The translations under genes were made by a program, and so were the position numbers. Positions 1 to 8,529 of a DNA stretch of 38,815 nucleotides are shown piece by piece. Below the pieces are notes generated by a model, which did no database searches, had not been told where the DNA came from, and saw only the letters and a list, made by a program, of their open reading frames with translations. This DNA comes from an uncultured Bacteroidales bacterium (lineage in GTDB: Bacteria; Bacteroidota; Bacteroidia; Bacteroidales; Muribaculaceae): the NCBI GenBank assembly GCA_902795825.1, contig CADBML010000087.1:1-38815 (forward strand). Reading direction: 5' to 3'. The first letter of the stretch is position 1. Each line of letters begins with the position of its first letter.

Positions 1-150
1 CTTTGTAGCTAACTCGTTCATATATTTGTATTTGTCTAATTGTTTATGTCGTTTAGGTGTCGGCTAAAAAAGCCGCAATTATTCAAACTACAAAAGTAAT
101 CAAAATTCGTCAAACGGCAAAGCGGAATCGGGAGGAATGGGTGTTTTTCC

Positions 151-753
151 TTAAAGGTTTTGGCGGAGATATTTTTCGCAGGCGAGGGCGAGTTCGTCGT
201 ACCATTCTTGACCGAAGCGGCGGATAAGTGGCTCGCGGAGGAATTTATAAAGTCGAATGCCGTTTTTGCGGCCGAGGGCTTCGGCGCAACGGCAGATTTT
301 CCAGCGGTGGTAGTTTACGGCTGTGAACGAGGGGTATTCGGTGATGCGTAGCGGGTAGAGGTGACAGGAAACGGGTTTCATGAAGTCAACACGCCCTTCG
401 CGGAAGGCCTTTTCGATGGCACATTGGCACATTCCTCCTTCGGCGAAAGTAGTGAAAACGCAGTTCTGCCCGCCGACAATAGACGTGACCAAGTCGCCTT
501 CCTCGTCGATGTAACTCACTCCCTGTTCGTTGATTACCTCTTTGGCCTGCGGTAGGAGGTCGTTCCAGATTTCGGGTAGTATTTTTTCGATGATGTCGCG
601 CTCCTCTTCGGTGATTGGCGCTCCGGCGTCGCCGTCGATGCAGCATTGTCCGAGGCATTTGTCAAGGTCGCAACAGAACATCCGTTCGGCGATGTCGAGG
701 CTGACGAGGGCGTTTCCAATTTGCAGCATATATTCTTCGGTTTCTTCGGTCAT
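151..753 (-). CDS. DUF3109-like cysteine-rich protein (function unknown)
   Basis: 200-aa ORF with several Cys clusters (FCCDLDKCLGQCC, MCQC, SCHLYP, CRC) typical of the Bacteroidota DUF3109 family as I remember it. It has a 4-nt ATGA overlap with the upstream ORF. The antisense ORFs are low-complexity mirrors. Confidence 0.65.
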   Translation of the reverse strand: MTEETEEYMLQIGNALVSLDIAERMFCCDLDKCLGQCCIDGDAGAPITEEERDIIEKILPEIWNDLLPQAKEVINEQGVSYIDEEGDLVTSIVGGQNCVFTTFAEGGMCQCAIEKAFREGRVDFMKPVSCHLYPLRITEYPSFTAVNYHRWKICRCAEALGRKNGIRLYKFLREPLIRRFGQEWYDELALACEKYLRQNL

Positions 754-2009
754 TTTCCTGAATAGAATGTGGCGGTGGCCGTCAGACGGTCGTAGCGCTC
801 GCCCGACTGCCGGTGATAGACGGCGATGACGTATTCGTTGACAGTCTGATACTTGTCGCCCTCGATAATGTCGGTGCGCCCGACAGTGGTGCCTTCCGGC
901 ACGGCGAGAATCTGGTAGTTGTAAGCTCCCTGCTTGAGGAGGATGCTCGCCTCGTAAGCGCCGGTGGCGCGGTTATACACGAGCCGCGAGTCGGGGTTGA
1001 AGCGCCGGAGGGTGAAGTCGCCGTCGAGGAAGAGGTCGTAGCCTTCGATTTCGTCGCAAGGGAGCGAGAAATGCACCACTACGTAGTCGGCCTCGATTTC
1101 ACTCTGCGAGGAATTGTACTCGCGCACGAGGAAACGTCCGTGCTGTGTCTGGTCGTAGGCGTAGGGCTGGTAAGAGCGCACTTCGTCGGGAATGAGTGTG
1201 ACATGATAAAAAGGCTCGAAATAGTCGGTGCGCTCCACGCCTTTGAGCGGGATGTTGACGGCGGTGAATTCCACGCGCCGGTATTCGTTGCCAGCGGGGA
1301 AAATCAGCGGGCGAAGGTGCTCGTAATAAGCGATTTTGCCGGCAAAACGCGAGGGGCGGCTGACGAGGACGGCGTTGTCGAGGCGTCCGTTTTGAGTGAC
1401 GCTGACAGTCAGGTCGCCCATGATGTTCTGAACGGGCGTTCGGTCGGCATCGACGACAATGGAGATCTGCTGGTGGGCTTCGTTGTAATCGACGTCGGTG
1501 CGCGAGGTGATTTCGGCGTTGATTTTCATCGAATACTCGCTCACCATGAATCGCGTCTGAAGCAGGGTGCGCTCGGGGTCGTTTTCGTCATAGATGCGGA
1601 GAAGGTAGTTGCCCGACTTGGTTGGGCGGATGTCGTCGTTGGGGATGAACAGCGAATAATGGGTGTAGTGGGTTTTGGTGAGTTGGGAGTATTCGTAATT
1701 CTCAATCCTGCCTTCGTTGAAGCCGTCGATGTATTCAGCCTCGACGAGGGCTGAAGGTTGCCAGTCGGCATTGCAGTGGACGAGCGAGTAGCGGAGATAA
1801 GAGCGGTCTTCGCCGATTTCGTCGAATGAGATGGCTATGAGGTCCTCGCCGTTGAGCGGAATCACCGCAGGGGCGTAGAAGTTGCCTTCGAGCCGAGTCT
1901 CAAGGGTGTGGAAACGGGAGTCGAAAATGCCTGGAGTGGTATCGACTTCGGCGTATGCGTAAGCCGTTGGAAAAAGGCAAAGTAGCGATATTAATTTAAA
2001 GCGTTGCAT
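750..2009 (-). CDS. DUF5103 / type IX secretion system plug-like protein
   Basis: 419-aa ORF with an N-terminal signal peptide (MQRFKLISLLCLFPTAYAYA). The block LRYSLVHCNADWQPS...SGNYLLRIYD matches my recollection of the DUF5103 (T9SS_plug) family. It is translationally coupled to both neighbours. Confidence 0.65.
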   Translation of the reverse strand: MQRFKLISLLCLFPTAYAYAEVDTTPGIFDSRFHTLETRLEGNFYAPAVIPLNGEDLIAISFDEIGEDRSYLRYSLVHCNADWQPSALVEAEYIDGFNEGRIENYEYSQLTKTHYTHYSLFIPNDDIRPTKSGNYLLRIYDENDPERTLLQTRFMVSEYSMKINAEITSRTDVDYNEAHQQISIVVDADRTPVQNIMGDLTVSVTQNGRLDNAVLVSRPSRFAGKIAYYEHLRPLIFPAGNEYRRVEFTAVNIPLKGVERTDYFEPFYHVTLIPDEVRSYQPYAYDQTQHGRFLVREYNSSQSEIEADYVVVHFSLPCDEIEGYDLFLDGDFTLRRFNPDSRLVYNRATGAYEASILLKQGAYNYQILAVPEGTTVGRTDIIEGDKYQTVNEYVIAVYHRQSGERYDRLTATATFYSGK

Positions 2010-2419
2010 TAGCTGTTTCTGAGGTGGTTATCGATGATTGTAATCGCGTCTTCGATATATTGCATACAGGGTTTGCGGTCGGGGCGCGTGAGGAGTTCGC
2101 CGCAAACAATCGAACCGTTTTTCGCCTTGAATTGGTCGAAAAGCGCGCAGGTGGAGCGATAGACTGCGGGCTTGTCTTTGGGCGATTTGAACGAAGCGAT
2201 GCCGTTGACGATGGCGGTTCCCGACAGCGTGCCGCAAATTTGTCGTTGTCCGGCCATTCCGGCCCCCATGGCGGCGGTGATTTCGGCGGCTTTCGTCGCG
2301 TCGAGGCCGGTGACGTCGTCAAACGCCATAACCACGCATTGGGCGCAGTTGTAGCCCTCGCGGTGGAGCAGGCGAGCGCGTTCGATGCGCTGTTCGAGAG
2401 ATAAAGTCATATTAAACAA
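2009..2419 (-). CDS. C_GCAxxG_C_C family redox-like protein
   Basis: 136-aa ORF containing GYNCAQCV (the C-GCAxxG-C-C signature) plus later Cys residues. Its stop overlaps the downstream start by 1 nt (TAATG on the minus strand). Confidence 0.8.
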   Translation of the reverse strand: MFNMTLSLEQRIERARLLHREGYNCAQCVVMAFDDVTGLDATKAAEITAAMGAGMAGQRQICGTLSGTAIVNGIASFKSPKDKPAVYRSTCALFDQFKAKNGSIVCGELLTRPDRKPCMQYIEDAITIIDNHLRNS

Positions 2420-2450
2420 TTTCTTTAATTATTCTATCTTAATTTTGTGA

Positions 2451-3113
2451 TTACCATTGAATAGGCGTAATGCCATTTCTGACTAAATACTCGTTTGCCT
2501 GCGAGAAGTGATGGTTTCCGAAGAAGCCTCGGTAGGCGCTGAGCGGCGAGGGGTGGGGCGATGTCAGTACGAGGTGGCGCGACTGGTCGATGAGCTGACG
2601 TTTGCTGATGGCGAAACTTCCCCAAAGGAGGAATACGAGGTTGTTGCGGAATCCCGACAGACGCTGGATAATTGCGTCGGTGAAAGTTTCCCATCCTTGA
2701 CCGCGGTGAGAGGCGGCGCGGTGGGCTTCGACGGTGAGGGTGGCGTTGAGGAGCAGCACTCCCTGACGCGCCCATCGTTCGAGGTTGCCCGAAGTGGGAA
2801 TCGGCAGTCCGAGGTCGTCGTGGATTTCCTTGTAGATATTGACGAGCGAGGGAGGTATCTGCACTCCGTCGTTTACCGAGAAGCAGAGTCCGTGGGCCTG
2901 ACCAGGCTCATGGTAGGGGTCTTGGCCGATAATCACCACCTTAACCTTGTCGAAGGGGCAAATGTCCATGGCGGCGAAAATTTTGCCGGCGGGTGGATAT
3001 ATGGTGCGGGTGGAGTATTGTTGACGCACGAACTGAGTGAGTTTGACGAAGTAGGGTTTGTCCCATTCGTCGGCAAGAGCGCGTTTCCACGATTCCTCGA
3101 TTCTTACATCCAT
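2451..3113 (-). CDS. ung: uracil-DNA glycosylase
   Basis: 220 aa with family-1 UDG motifs GQDPYH, GVLLLN and HPSPLS. Confidence 0.95.
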   Translation of the reverse strand: MDVRIEESWKRALADEWDKPYFVKLTQFVRQQYSTRTIYPPAGKIFAAMDICPFDKVKVVIIGQDPYHEPGQAHGLCFSVNDGVQIPPSLVNIYKEIHDDLGLPIPTSGNLERWARQGVLLLNATLTVEAHRAASHRGQGWETFTDAIIQRLSGFRNNLVFLLWGSFAISKRQLIDQSRHLVLTSPHPSPLSAYRGFFGNHHFSQANEYLVRNGITPIQW

Positions 3114-3174
3114 AGGGGGTATTGTTAAAAGAGTATAATTGAGAGAGAAAAGTTGAAAGATGATATATTAAGGG

Positions 3175-5316
3175 TTATTTATTACCGAAACCTTTCATTG
3201 ACAGGGCGACACGGTGGCGTTCCAGATCGACGCTTTTGACGCGCACTTTCACGTGTTGGTTGATTTTCACCACTTCTGCGGGCGAATCCACACGCCGGTT
3301 GGCAATTTCCGACACATGGACGAGGCCGTCTTCCTTAATGCCTATGTTGACAAATGCGCCGAAAGCGGTAATATTTGTGACAATGCCGTTCAGTTCCATC
3401 CCGACAACGAGGTCCTCAATATCGTTAACATCGTCGTCAAACTCGACGGTGTCGGCAGTTTCGCGCGGGTCGCGGCCCGGTTTTTCGAGTTCTTCGACGA
3501 TGTCGGTGAGGGTGGGAATGCCTACTTCTTCGTCAACGTAGTTCGACAGGTCGATTGAAGCAAGCAGGTCGTGGCTACGCACGAGGCTGTCGAGGCCGAC
3601 GCTGAGGTCGCGTGCCATTTTGGCGACGATATGGTAGCTTTCGGGGTGGACGGCGGTGTTGTCGAGGACGTTTTCGGCATCGGGAATGCGGAGAAAACCG
3701 GCGCATTGGGCGAAAGTTTTTTCGCCGAGGCGCGGCACTTTCATCAGTTCGTCGCGGGAATGGAAATCGCCGTTTTGGGAGCGGAATTCCACAATTTTGC
3801 GGGCGAGTTGCGGACCGATTCCGGCCACATATGCGAGCAGATGAGGCGAAGCGGTGTTTAGGTTGACGCCCACCGAGTTAACGCAACTTTCTACGGTGAA
3901 GTCGAGTGCCGCTTTTAGCCTCGACTGGTCGACGTCGTGTTGGTATTGCCCGACGCCGATTGACTTGGGGTCGATTTTCACCAATTCGGCGAGCGGGTCG
4001 ATAAGGCGTCGGCCGATAGAAACCGCGCCCCGAACGGTTACGTCCTCGTCAGGAAACTCCTCCCGCGCCACCTCCGAAGCCGAATAAATCGAAGCGCCCT
4101 GTTCGCTGACGACGAATATTTCCACGTTGCGGTCGAAGTTGAGCGAACGAAGGAAACGCTCAGTCTCGCGGCTTGCCGTGCCGTTGCCGAGGGCTATGGC
4201 GTCGATTTCGAAGCGTTTGACATAGCGGACTACGGTACGAGAGGCTCCCGCATAGTCGTTGGCAGGCGCGGTGGGGAAGATGACGTTGTGGTGGAGGAGG
4301 TTGCCTTGAGCGTCAAGCACCACGAGTTTGCATCCTGTGCGGAATCCCGGGTCGATGGCCATCACACGTTTGCCGTGGAGGGGCGATGCGAAAAGGAGTT
4401 GGCGCAGGTTGTCGGCGAACATTTCTATTGCCGTGGCGTCGGCTTTGGATTTGGCGAGTGCCACCACTTCCGTTTCAATCGAAGGGCGGATAAGTCGCTT
4501 GTAGCCGTCGGCAATCGCATCGGCGACTATCTGTGCCGATTGGCGTTGGCCGCCTGCCTTGACAAAACGGCGGCATATCGACTCAACGGCGCGTTTGTCG
4601 TCGATGTCGAGGCTCATTTTCAGGATTCCCTCGGCTTCTCCGCGTCGGATGGCGAGAAACTGGTGGGAGCTGCATCTCGACAGTGGTTGGCGGTAATTGA
4701 AATAGTTGCGGAATTTGGCTCCTTCCTGCTCTTTGCCCTTCACGACAGTAGCGCTCACCAAAGCATGGCGCAGGAATCGCGAGCGGATACCGCTTCTGAC
4801 CCATTCTGTTTCACTGACCCATTCGGCAATGATGTCCGACGCGCCCGCCAGGGCGTCATCGGCTGTCGGCACCTCTTCGGTGACGTATTTTTCGGCGATA
4901 CGTGCCACGTCGGCGGCGTTTTGTGCCATAATCTGTTTTGCCAACGGTTCAAGGCCGCGTTGGCGTGCCACTTGGGCGCGGGTGTTGCGCTTGGGCTTGA
5001 AAGGCAGGTAGATGTCTTCGAGAACAGACGGGTCGGTGGTGGCTTCGATGGCGGCGGCGATTTCGTCGGTCATGTTGCCTTGGTCGCTTATCGTCTTGAA
5101 AATAAATTCTTTGCGATGGAGAAGTTCCTTAAGGTCGTCGTAGAGTTGCGAGATGTTGAAAACTTCCACTTCGTTGAGTGCGCCGGTGGCTTCCTTTCGG
5201 TAGCGGCTGATGAAAGGAATCGTGGCGCCTTCGTCGAGAAGTTTGATGGTGGCTTCCACCGAGTGTTCCGACAGGGAAAGAGTGTCGGAAATGAGTTTTA
5301 CGAAGTCGAGAGTCAT
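3175..5316 (-). CDS. tex: Tex-like RNA-binding transcriptional accessory protein (C-terminal S1 domain)
   Basis: 713 aa. N-terminus has IPFISRYRKE, a central YqgF/RuvC-like region and HhH follow, and the C-terminal S1 domain has GIVTNITAFGAFVNIG. Confidence 0.9.
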   Translation of the reverse strand: MTLDFVKLISDTLSLSEHSVEATIKLLDEGATIPFISRYRKEATGALNEVEVFNISQLYDDLKELLHRKEFIFKTISDQGNMTDEIAAAIEATTDPSVLEDIYLPFKPKRNTRAQVARQRGLEPLAKQIMAQNAADVARIAEKYVTEEVPTADDALAGASDIIAEWVSETEWVRSGIRSRFLRHALVSATVVKGKEQEGAKFRNYFNYRQPLSRCSSHQFLAIRRGEAEGILKMSLDIDDKRAVESICRRFVKAGGQRQSAQIVADAIADGYKRLIRPSIETEVVALAKSKADATAIEMFADNLRQLLFASPLHGKRVMAIDPGFRTGCKLVVLDAQGNLLHHNVIFPTAPANDYAGASRTVVRYVKRFEIDAIALGNGTASRETERFLRSLNFDRNVEIFVVSEQGASIYSASEVAREEFPDEDVTVRGAVSIGRRLIDPLAELVKIDPKSIGVGQYQHDVDQSRLKAALDFTVESCVNSVGVNLNTASPHLLAYVAGIGPQLARKIVEFRSQNGDFHSRDELMKVPRLGEKTFAQCAGFLRIPDAENVLDNTAVHPESYHIVAKMARDLSVGLDSLVRSHDLLASIDLSNYVDEEVGIPTLTDIVEELEKPGRDPRETADTVEFDDDVNDIEDLVVGMELNGIVTNITAFGAFVNIGIKEDGLVHVSEIANRRVDSPAEVVKINQHVKVRVKSVDLERHRVALSMKGFGNK

Positions 5317-5340
5317 TGTGCCGGATGTCGGGGGTAGGGG

Positions 5341-6534
5341 TTATTGATTCTTTCTGCGGAGGGTGACAAGGGTGATTTCGGGAGTGGCGCCCACTCTCAT
5401 CGGAAGCCCGACGGTGCCGATGCCGATGTTGACGTAGAGCGTGCGGCCGGTTCCGTCGTCGTAGCGTCCGCCCCAGTTCGGGTAGCGCAAAGCCGCAGGC
5501 GAGTAACGTTTCCCACCGATAGTTGTGGATACTTGCATGGCGTGGGTGTGACCGGAGAATGTGAGGTCGATCCTAATGGTGTCGTGTAAACACACTTCGC
5601 GCGCCCAGTGGGCGGGGTTGTGGGTGAGTAGAATCTTGAAACGGTCGTCGTTGAAACTGCCGTCGTACGACTTGCGGAGCGAACCATAGACCGAAAATGG
5701 CGGGTCGCCGCAATTCTCCACGCCGATGATGGCAATAGAGTCGGAGTCGCGGGTGATATATCGCGTCTGGTTGCGGAGGAGCTGCCATCCCATTTTTTCG
5801 TTCAGTAGGTAAAGTTCCTCGTTGTTGGCTTTGCGGTCGGCGGGCGAGGGCCAGTCGCGATAGTCGCCGTAGTCGTGGTTGCCGAGAATGGAAATCACTC
5901 CGTCGGGGGCGCGGAGCCGGCTCAAGGGGCGCACGAACGGCCTGAGTTCGTCGGTCTGCCGGTTTACGATGTCGCCGAGGAAGAAAATGGCATCGGCGTT
6001 GAGGCTGTTGATTTTATCGACGGCTTTGCTGACGAAAGCTGTGTCGGTGCCGTAAGTGCCGACATGGAAGTCGGAAAACAGGGCTATTTTGTAGCCGTCG
6101 AACGACGGCGGCAGTCTTTCAAACTCGAAGGTCTGCTCGACGACGTCGATGTTGTAGCGGTTGACGAGTGCGCCCCACCACGTTGCCACAAACGTGACAA
6201 CGCCCACCACAACTCCGGCGGCGGTCATCGCTTTCCAGCGACGCTTCCTCCAGAGGCGTGGCAATTCGCCAATAAGGGCTACGATGACGCAGAGGATTTT
6301 GGGAATATAAATCGACAGATAAACGAATAGCAGCCACATCACTGATTGTAGTTGCTGGTCGCTGCCGTTGCGCCGCGGAATGGAAATGGACACGATGAGA
6401 TAGACGGCAAGCAGCACTGAGACAATGACGTGGACGCGCTTCCACCTCTTCGACTTGATAAGCCGATAAATATAGAAATCCACGAGTCCACTGACAAAGA
6501 GCAGAATCAGCATCAAAAAGATGGGCAGTCGCAT
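5341..6534 (-). CDS. membrane-anchored metallophosphoesterase
   Basis: 397 aa. Several N-terminal TM helices are followed by calcineurin-like motifs DFHVG, GDIVN, GNHD and GHTH. Confidence 0.85.
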   Translation of the reverse strand: MRLPIFLMLILLFVSGLVDFYIYRLIKSKRWKRVHVIVSVLLAVYLIVSISIPRRNGSDQQLQSVMWLLFVYLSIYIPKILCVIVALIGELPRLWRKRRWKAMTAAGVVVGVVTFVATWWGALVNRYNIDVVEQTFEFERLPPSFDGYKIALFSDFHVGTYGTDTAFVSKAVDKINSLNADAIFFLGDIVNRQTDELRPFVRPLSRLRAPDGVISILGNHDYGDYRDWPSPADRKANNEELYLLNEKMGWQLLRNQTRYITRDSDSIAIIGVENCGDPPFSVYGSLRKSYDGSFNDDRFKILLTHNPAHWAREVCLHDTIRIDLTFSGHTHAMQVSTTIGGKRYSPAALRYPNWGGRYDDGTGRTLYVNIGIGTVGLPMRVGATPEITLVTLRRKNQ

Positions 6535-6556
6535 TGTTCGAGTCGGTGTGGGTGGA

Positions 6557-7732
6557 TTATTCTTCGCTGTCCTCGCCAGTGGCTATGAGTTTGTTGGCCA
6601 ACGGGTTGGCGTACATCTGCAGCATCATTTCGCGCATAAAGATTTCTTCCTCGCCGGTGATGCCGTCAACCTCCACTTTGTCGAGTTGGGCGGAGATGTA
6701 TTCGTCGAAATCGACAATGTCGTCGAAGTCGTATTGGTCGGCAAAGCGGTCGGTGTCGTTAAGCTGGTCGTAAGCGATATAGTTGATTTTGAACATCTCA
6801 TATCCGGCATGGATTGCGCGGTCGATGGCCTCACGGACTCCGTGGAGCACTTCTGCGCGGTCGGTGATGCCCGAAAGGCGTTCGATTTCCGAATTAATGC
6901 AGTCGTTGAATGTGTAGTGGACACGTCCTTTATAGCCGAGCAGGCCGGTTTCCATCGAGAGGAGGTCGTCGCGCTGCGATTTGTGGAATTCGGGGTCGCG
7001 GCGGCGGAGGAGAAATTCGCGTGCCTTGAGATAGTCGTTCGGGTCGTATTCGTAAGTGATCGACAGGGGGGCGATGTTAAGTGCCATAATATTCTCAAGC
7101 AGGCTACCGTCGCCCGAAAGCTGGCCGAGCATCTTAAGCAGGCTCTCCTGCGTGACGTCGTTGGAGTCCTTCGCGCGGCCTTCGCGCTGCGCTATCCAAA
7201 TCGACTGCCGCTTTTCGGTAATTGTGTAACGGATGTAGGCTGAAAGATGCTTCGACGCTTCAAGCGCTTGGGTCATCTTCAGTCCGCGGCGCACGATGAA
7301 GCTTTTGTTGAGCCGGACAAGACGTTCAATCCAGTCGAAAACGAGGAGGTTGTCGCCGATGGCTATTTCCGTGGTGGGCAAGTCGCGGGTGGCAAGCAGG
7401 TAGTTGAGGAATGCCGCGTCGAGCACGATGTCGCGGTGGTTGGAGATGTAGGTGAATGCTTTCCCCGCCTCAACCTTGTCAAGCCCCGACACAGTGATGC
7501 CGTCGGTGGAGCGGGCGAGCACACCGTCGAGGAACGGCACGGCCGCGGCTTTCTGGAACTCATATTTCGTGCGGAGTTGAAGCAGTCGTGTGCAGAATTT
7601 GTCGTAATCGACATCGGGCATGACGTAGCGCACAGCATGCTCGAAGCCAGGCTCTTTGACGAGCGTGCTCATCACTTGTTGCACTTCGTTGTCGTCGAAG
7701 GGCGCAATATCTTTGAATTCTTCTTTTGTCAT
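6557..7732 (-). CDS. PlsC-family (lysophospholipid) acyltransferase
   Basis: 391 aa with the HX4D acyltransferase motif (NHRDIVLD) in a PlsC-like context. Confidence 0.75.
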   Translation of the reverse strand: MTKEEFKDIAPFDDNEVQQVMSTLVKEPGFEHAVRYVMPDVDYDKFCTRLLQLRTKYEFQKAAAVPFLDGVLARSTDGITVSGLDKVEAGKAFTYISNHRDIVLDAAFLNYLLATRDLPTTEIAIGDNLLVFDWIERLVRLNKSFIVRRGLKMTQALEASKHLSAYIRYTITEKRQSIWIAQREGRAKDSNDVTQESLLKMLGQLSGDGSLLENIMALNIAPLSITYEYDPNDYLKAREFLLRRRDPEFHKSQRDDLLSMETGLLGYKGRVHYTFNDCINSEIERLSGITDRAEVLHGVREAIDRAIHAGYEMFKINYIAYDQLNDTDRFADQYDFDDIVDFDEYISAQLDKVEVDGITGEEEIFMREMMLQMYANPLANKLIATGEDSEE

Positions 7733-7765
7733 ATTGTGTAGAGAGTTAGTTCTTGAATTATTTCA

Positions 7766-7773
7766 CAAAGATA
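7766..7773 (-). promoter_or_regulatory. Bacteroidota -7 box (TATCTTTG on the minus strand) for the acyltransferase gene
   Basis: Exact match to TAnnTTTG, about 34 nt upstream of the ATG at 7732. Confidence 0.45.
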
Positions 7774-7865
7774 GTCAAAAATCGCCAAATTTTCACGAAA
7801 AGGGGTTGCTATTTAGAAATAAGGAGTAAATTCGCAGAAATATTAACTAATAAAATCAGAGAATA

Positions 7866-8426
7866 ATGAAGAAGATTAAGTTTTTTGTTGCGCTTTTGGC
7901 TGTCGCTGTCTGCGCTGGTGTCGTGTCGTCGTGCGGCGATGACGATAAATCTAAAGATGCAATCACAAAGAATCAATTAACCAAGGGAGCGGAAACTGTC
8001 GATTTGCTTTATGCAGGCATTTATAAGGCTACTTGGGGCTACTCCATTTTTATCACAAACGACGCTTCGGTGGATTTGACCAAAGCAATCGGAACGGAAT
8101 CAAACCCCGTGCCCGACGATTTTGCCACTATCGACATTCCTTTCGACAAACTCGGAAAGAGATTTAAAAAGGTGAAAGACATCGTGGACGATGAGGACTA
8201 CTATTTCGGGGCAAGCATCGACGGCGACTTTAAATGGTTTGATAGCGATGCGTTAGTGAGTTTTAACGGTTATGTCGATTACGACTCCGAAGGCACGTTG
8301 ACTGTCGACATTACAGCTCAAAACGACTACACTAAAACTACCTTGGCCAAAAAGCTTGCAAAAGAATCGGTCAAGGTAACATTCAAGGGCATCCCGGTCA
8401 TCGCCACTGATTATCTTTACGAATAA
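7866..8426 (+). CDS. hypothetical lipoprotein, possibly surface-exposed
   Basis: 186 aa. The signal peptide ends in a lipobox (VVSSC), and the acidic stretch after Cys (CGDDDKSKD) resembles the Bacteroidota lipoprotein export signal. The region is visibly AT-richer than its flanks. Confidence 0.7.
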   Translation: MKKIKFFVALLAVAVCAGVVSSCGDDDKSKDAITKNQLTKGAETVDLLYAGIYKATWGYSIFITNDASVDLTKAIGTESNPVPDDFATIDIPFDKLGKRFKKVKDIVDDEDYYFGASIDGDFKWFDSDALVSFNGYVDYDSEGTLTVDITAQNDYTKTTLAKKLAKESVKVTFKGIPVIATDYLYE

Positions 8427-8468
8427 TTAGTGATTCCGGTTAAACGGTAAAAACGATAACGAAAAAAT

Positions 8469-8502
8469 CACTCCCTGCAAATCGACCGATTTGCAGGGAG
8501 TG
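8469..8502 (-). terminator. intrinsic terminator between convergent genes, best fit to the S8 peptidase transcript
   Basis: Perfect 16-nt inverted repeat CACTCCCTGCAAATCG/CGATTTGCAGGGAGTG. On the minus strand it is followed by ATTTTTTCG. Confidence 0.7.
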
Positions 8503-8529
8503 CTGTATGGTGTCGTTGTGGCGCGGTTG

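Noticed and set aside
1-110. Possible gene start at the left edge (minus-strand ATG at 19-21, with a minus-strand TACTTTTG box at 91-98), a plus-strand TATATTTG at 21-28, and a small CGGCT/AGCCG hairpin at 60-75.
   Set aside because: Only 7 codons are visible, so no product can be supported. The signals on the two strands conflict, and the hairpin is too weak (5 bp) to call a terminator.
813-1754. Long antisense ORFs opposite confident genes. Examples are 813-1754, 4288-5337, 6521-7243, 12387-13199, 13566-14267, 14671-15654, 15927-16622, 35297-36277, 36438-37529 and 37596-38405.
   Set aside because: Each lies fully inside a gene with clear family motifs on the other strand. Their products are low-complexity (V/G/A/R/E-rich) with no recognisable motifs. 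Such mirror ORFs are expected in GC-rich coding DNA.
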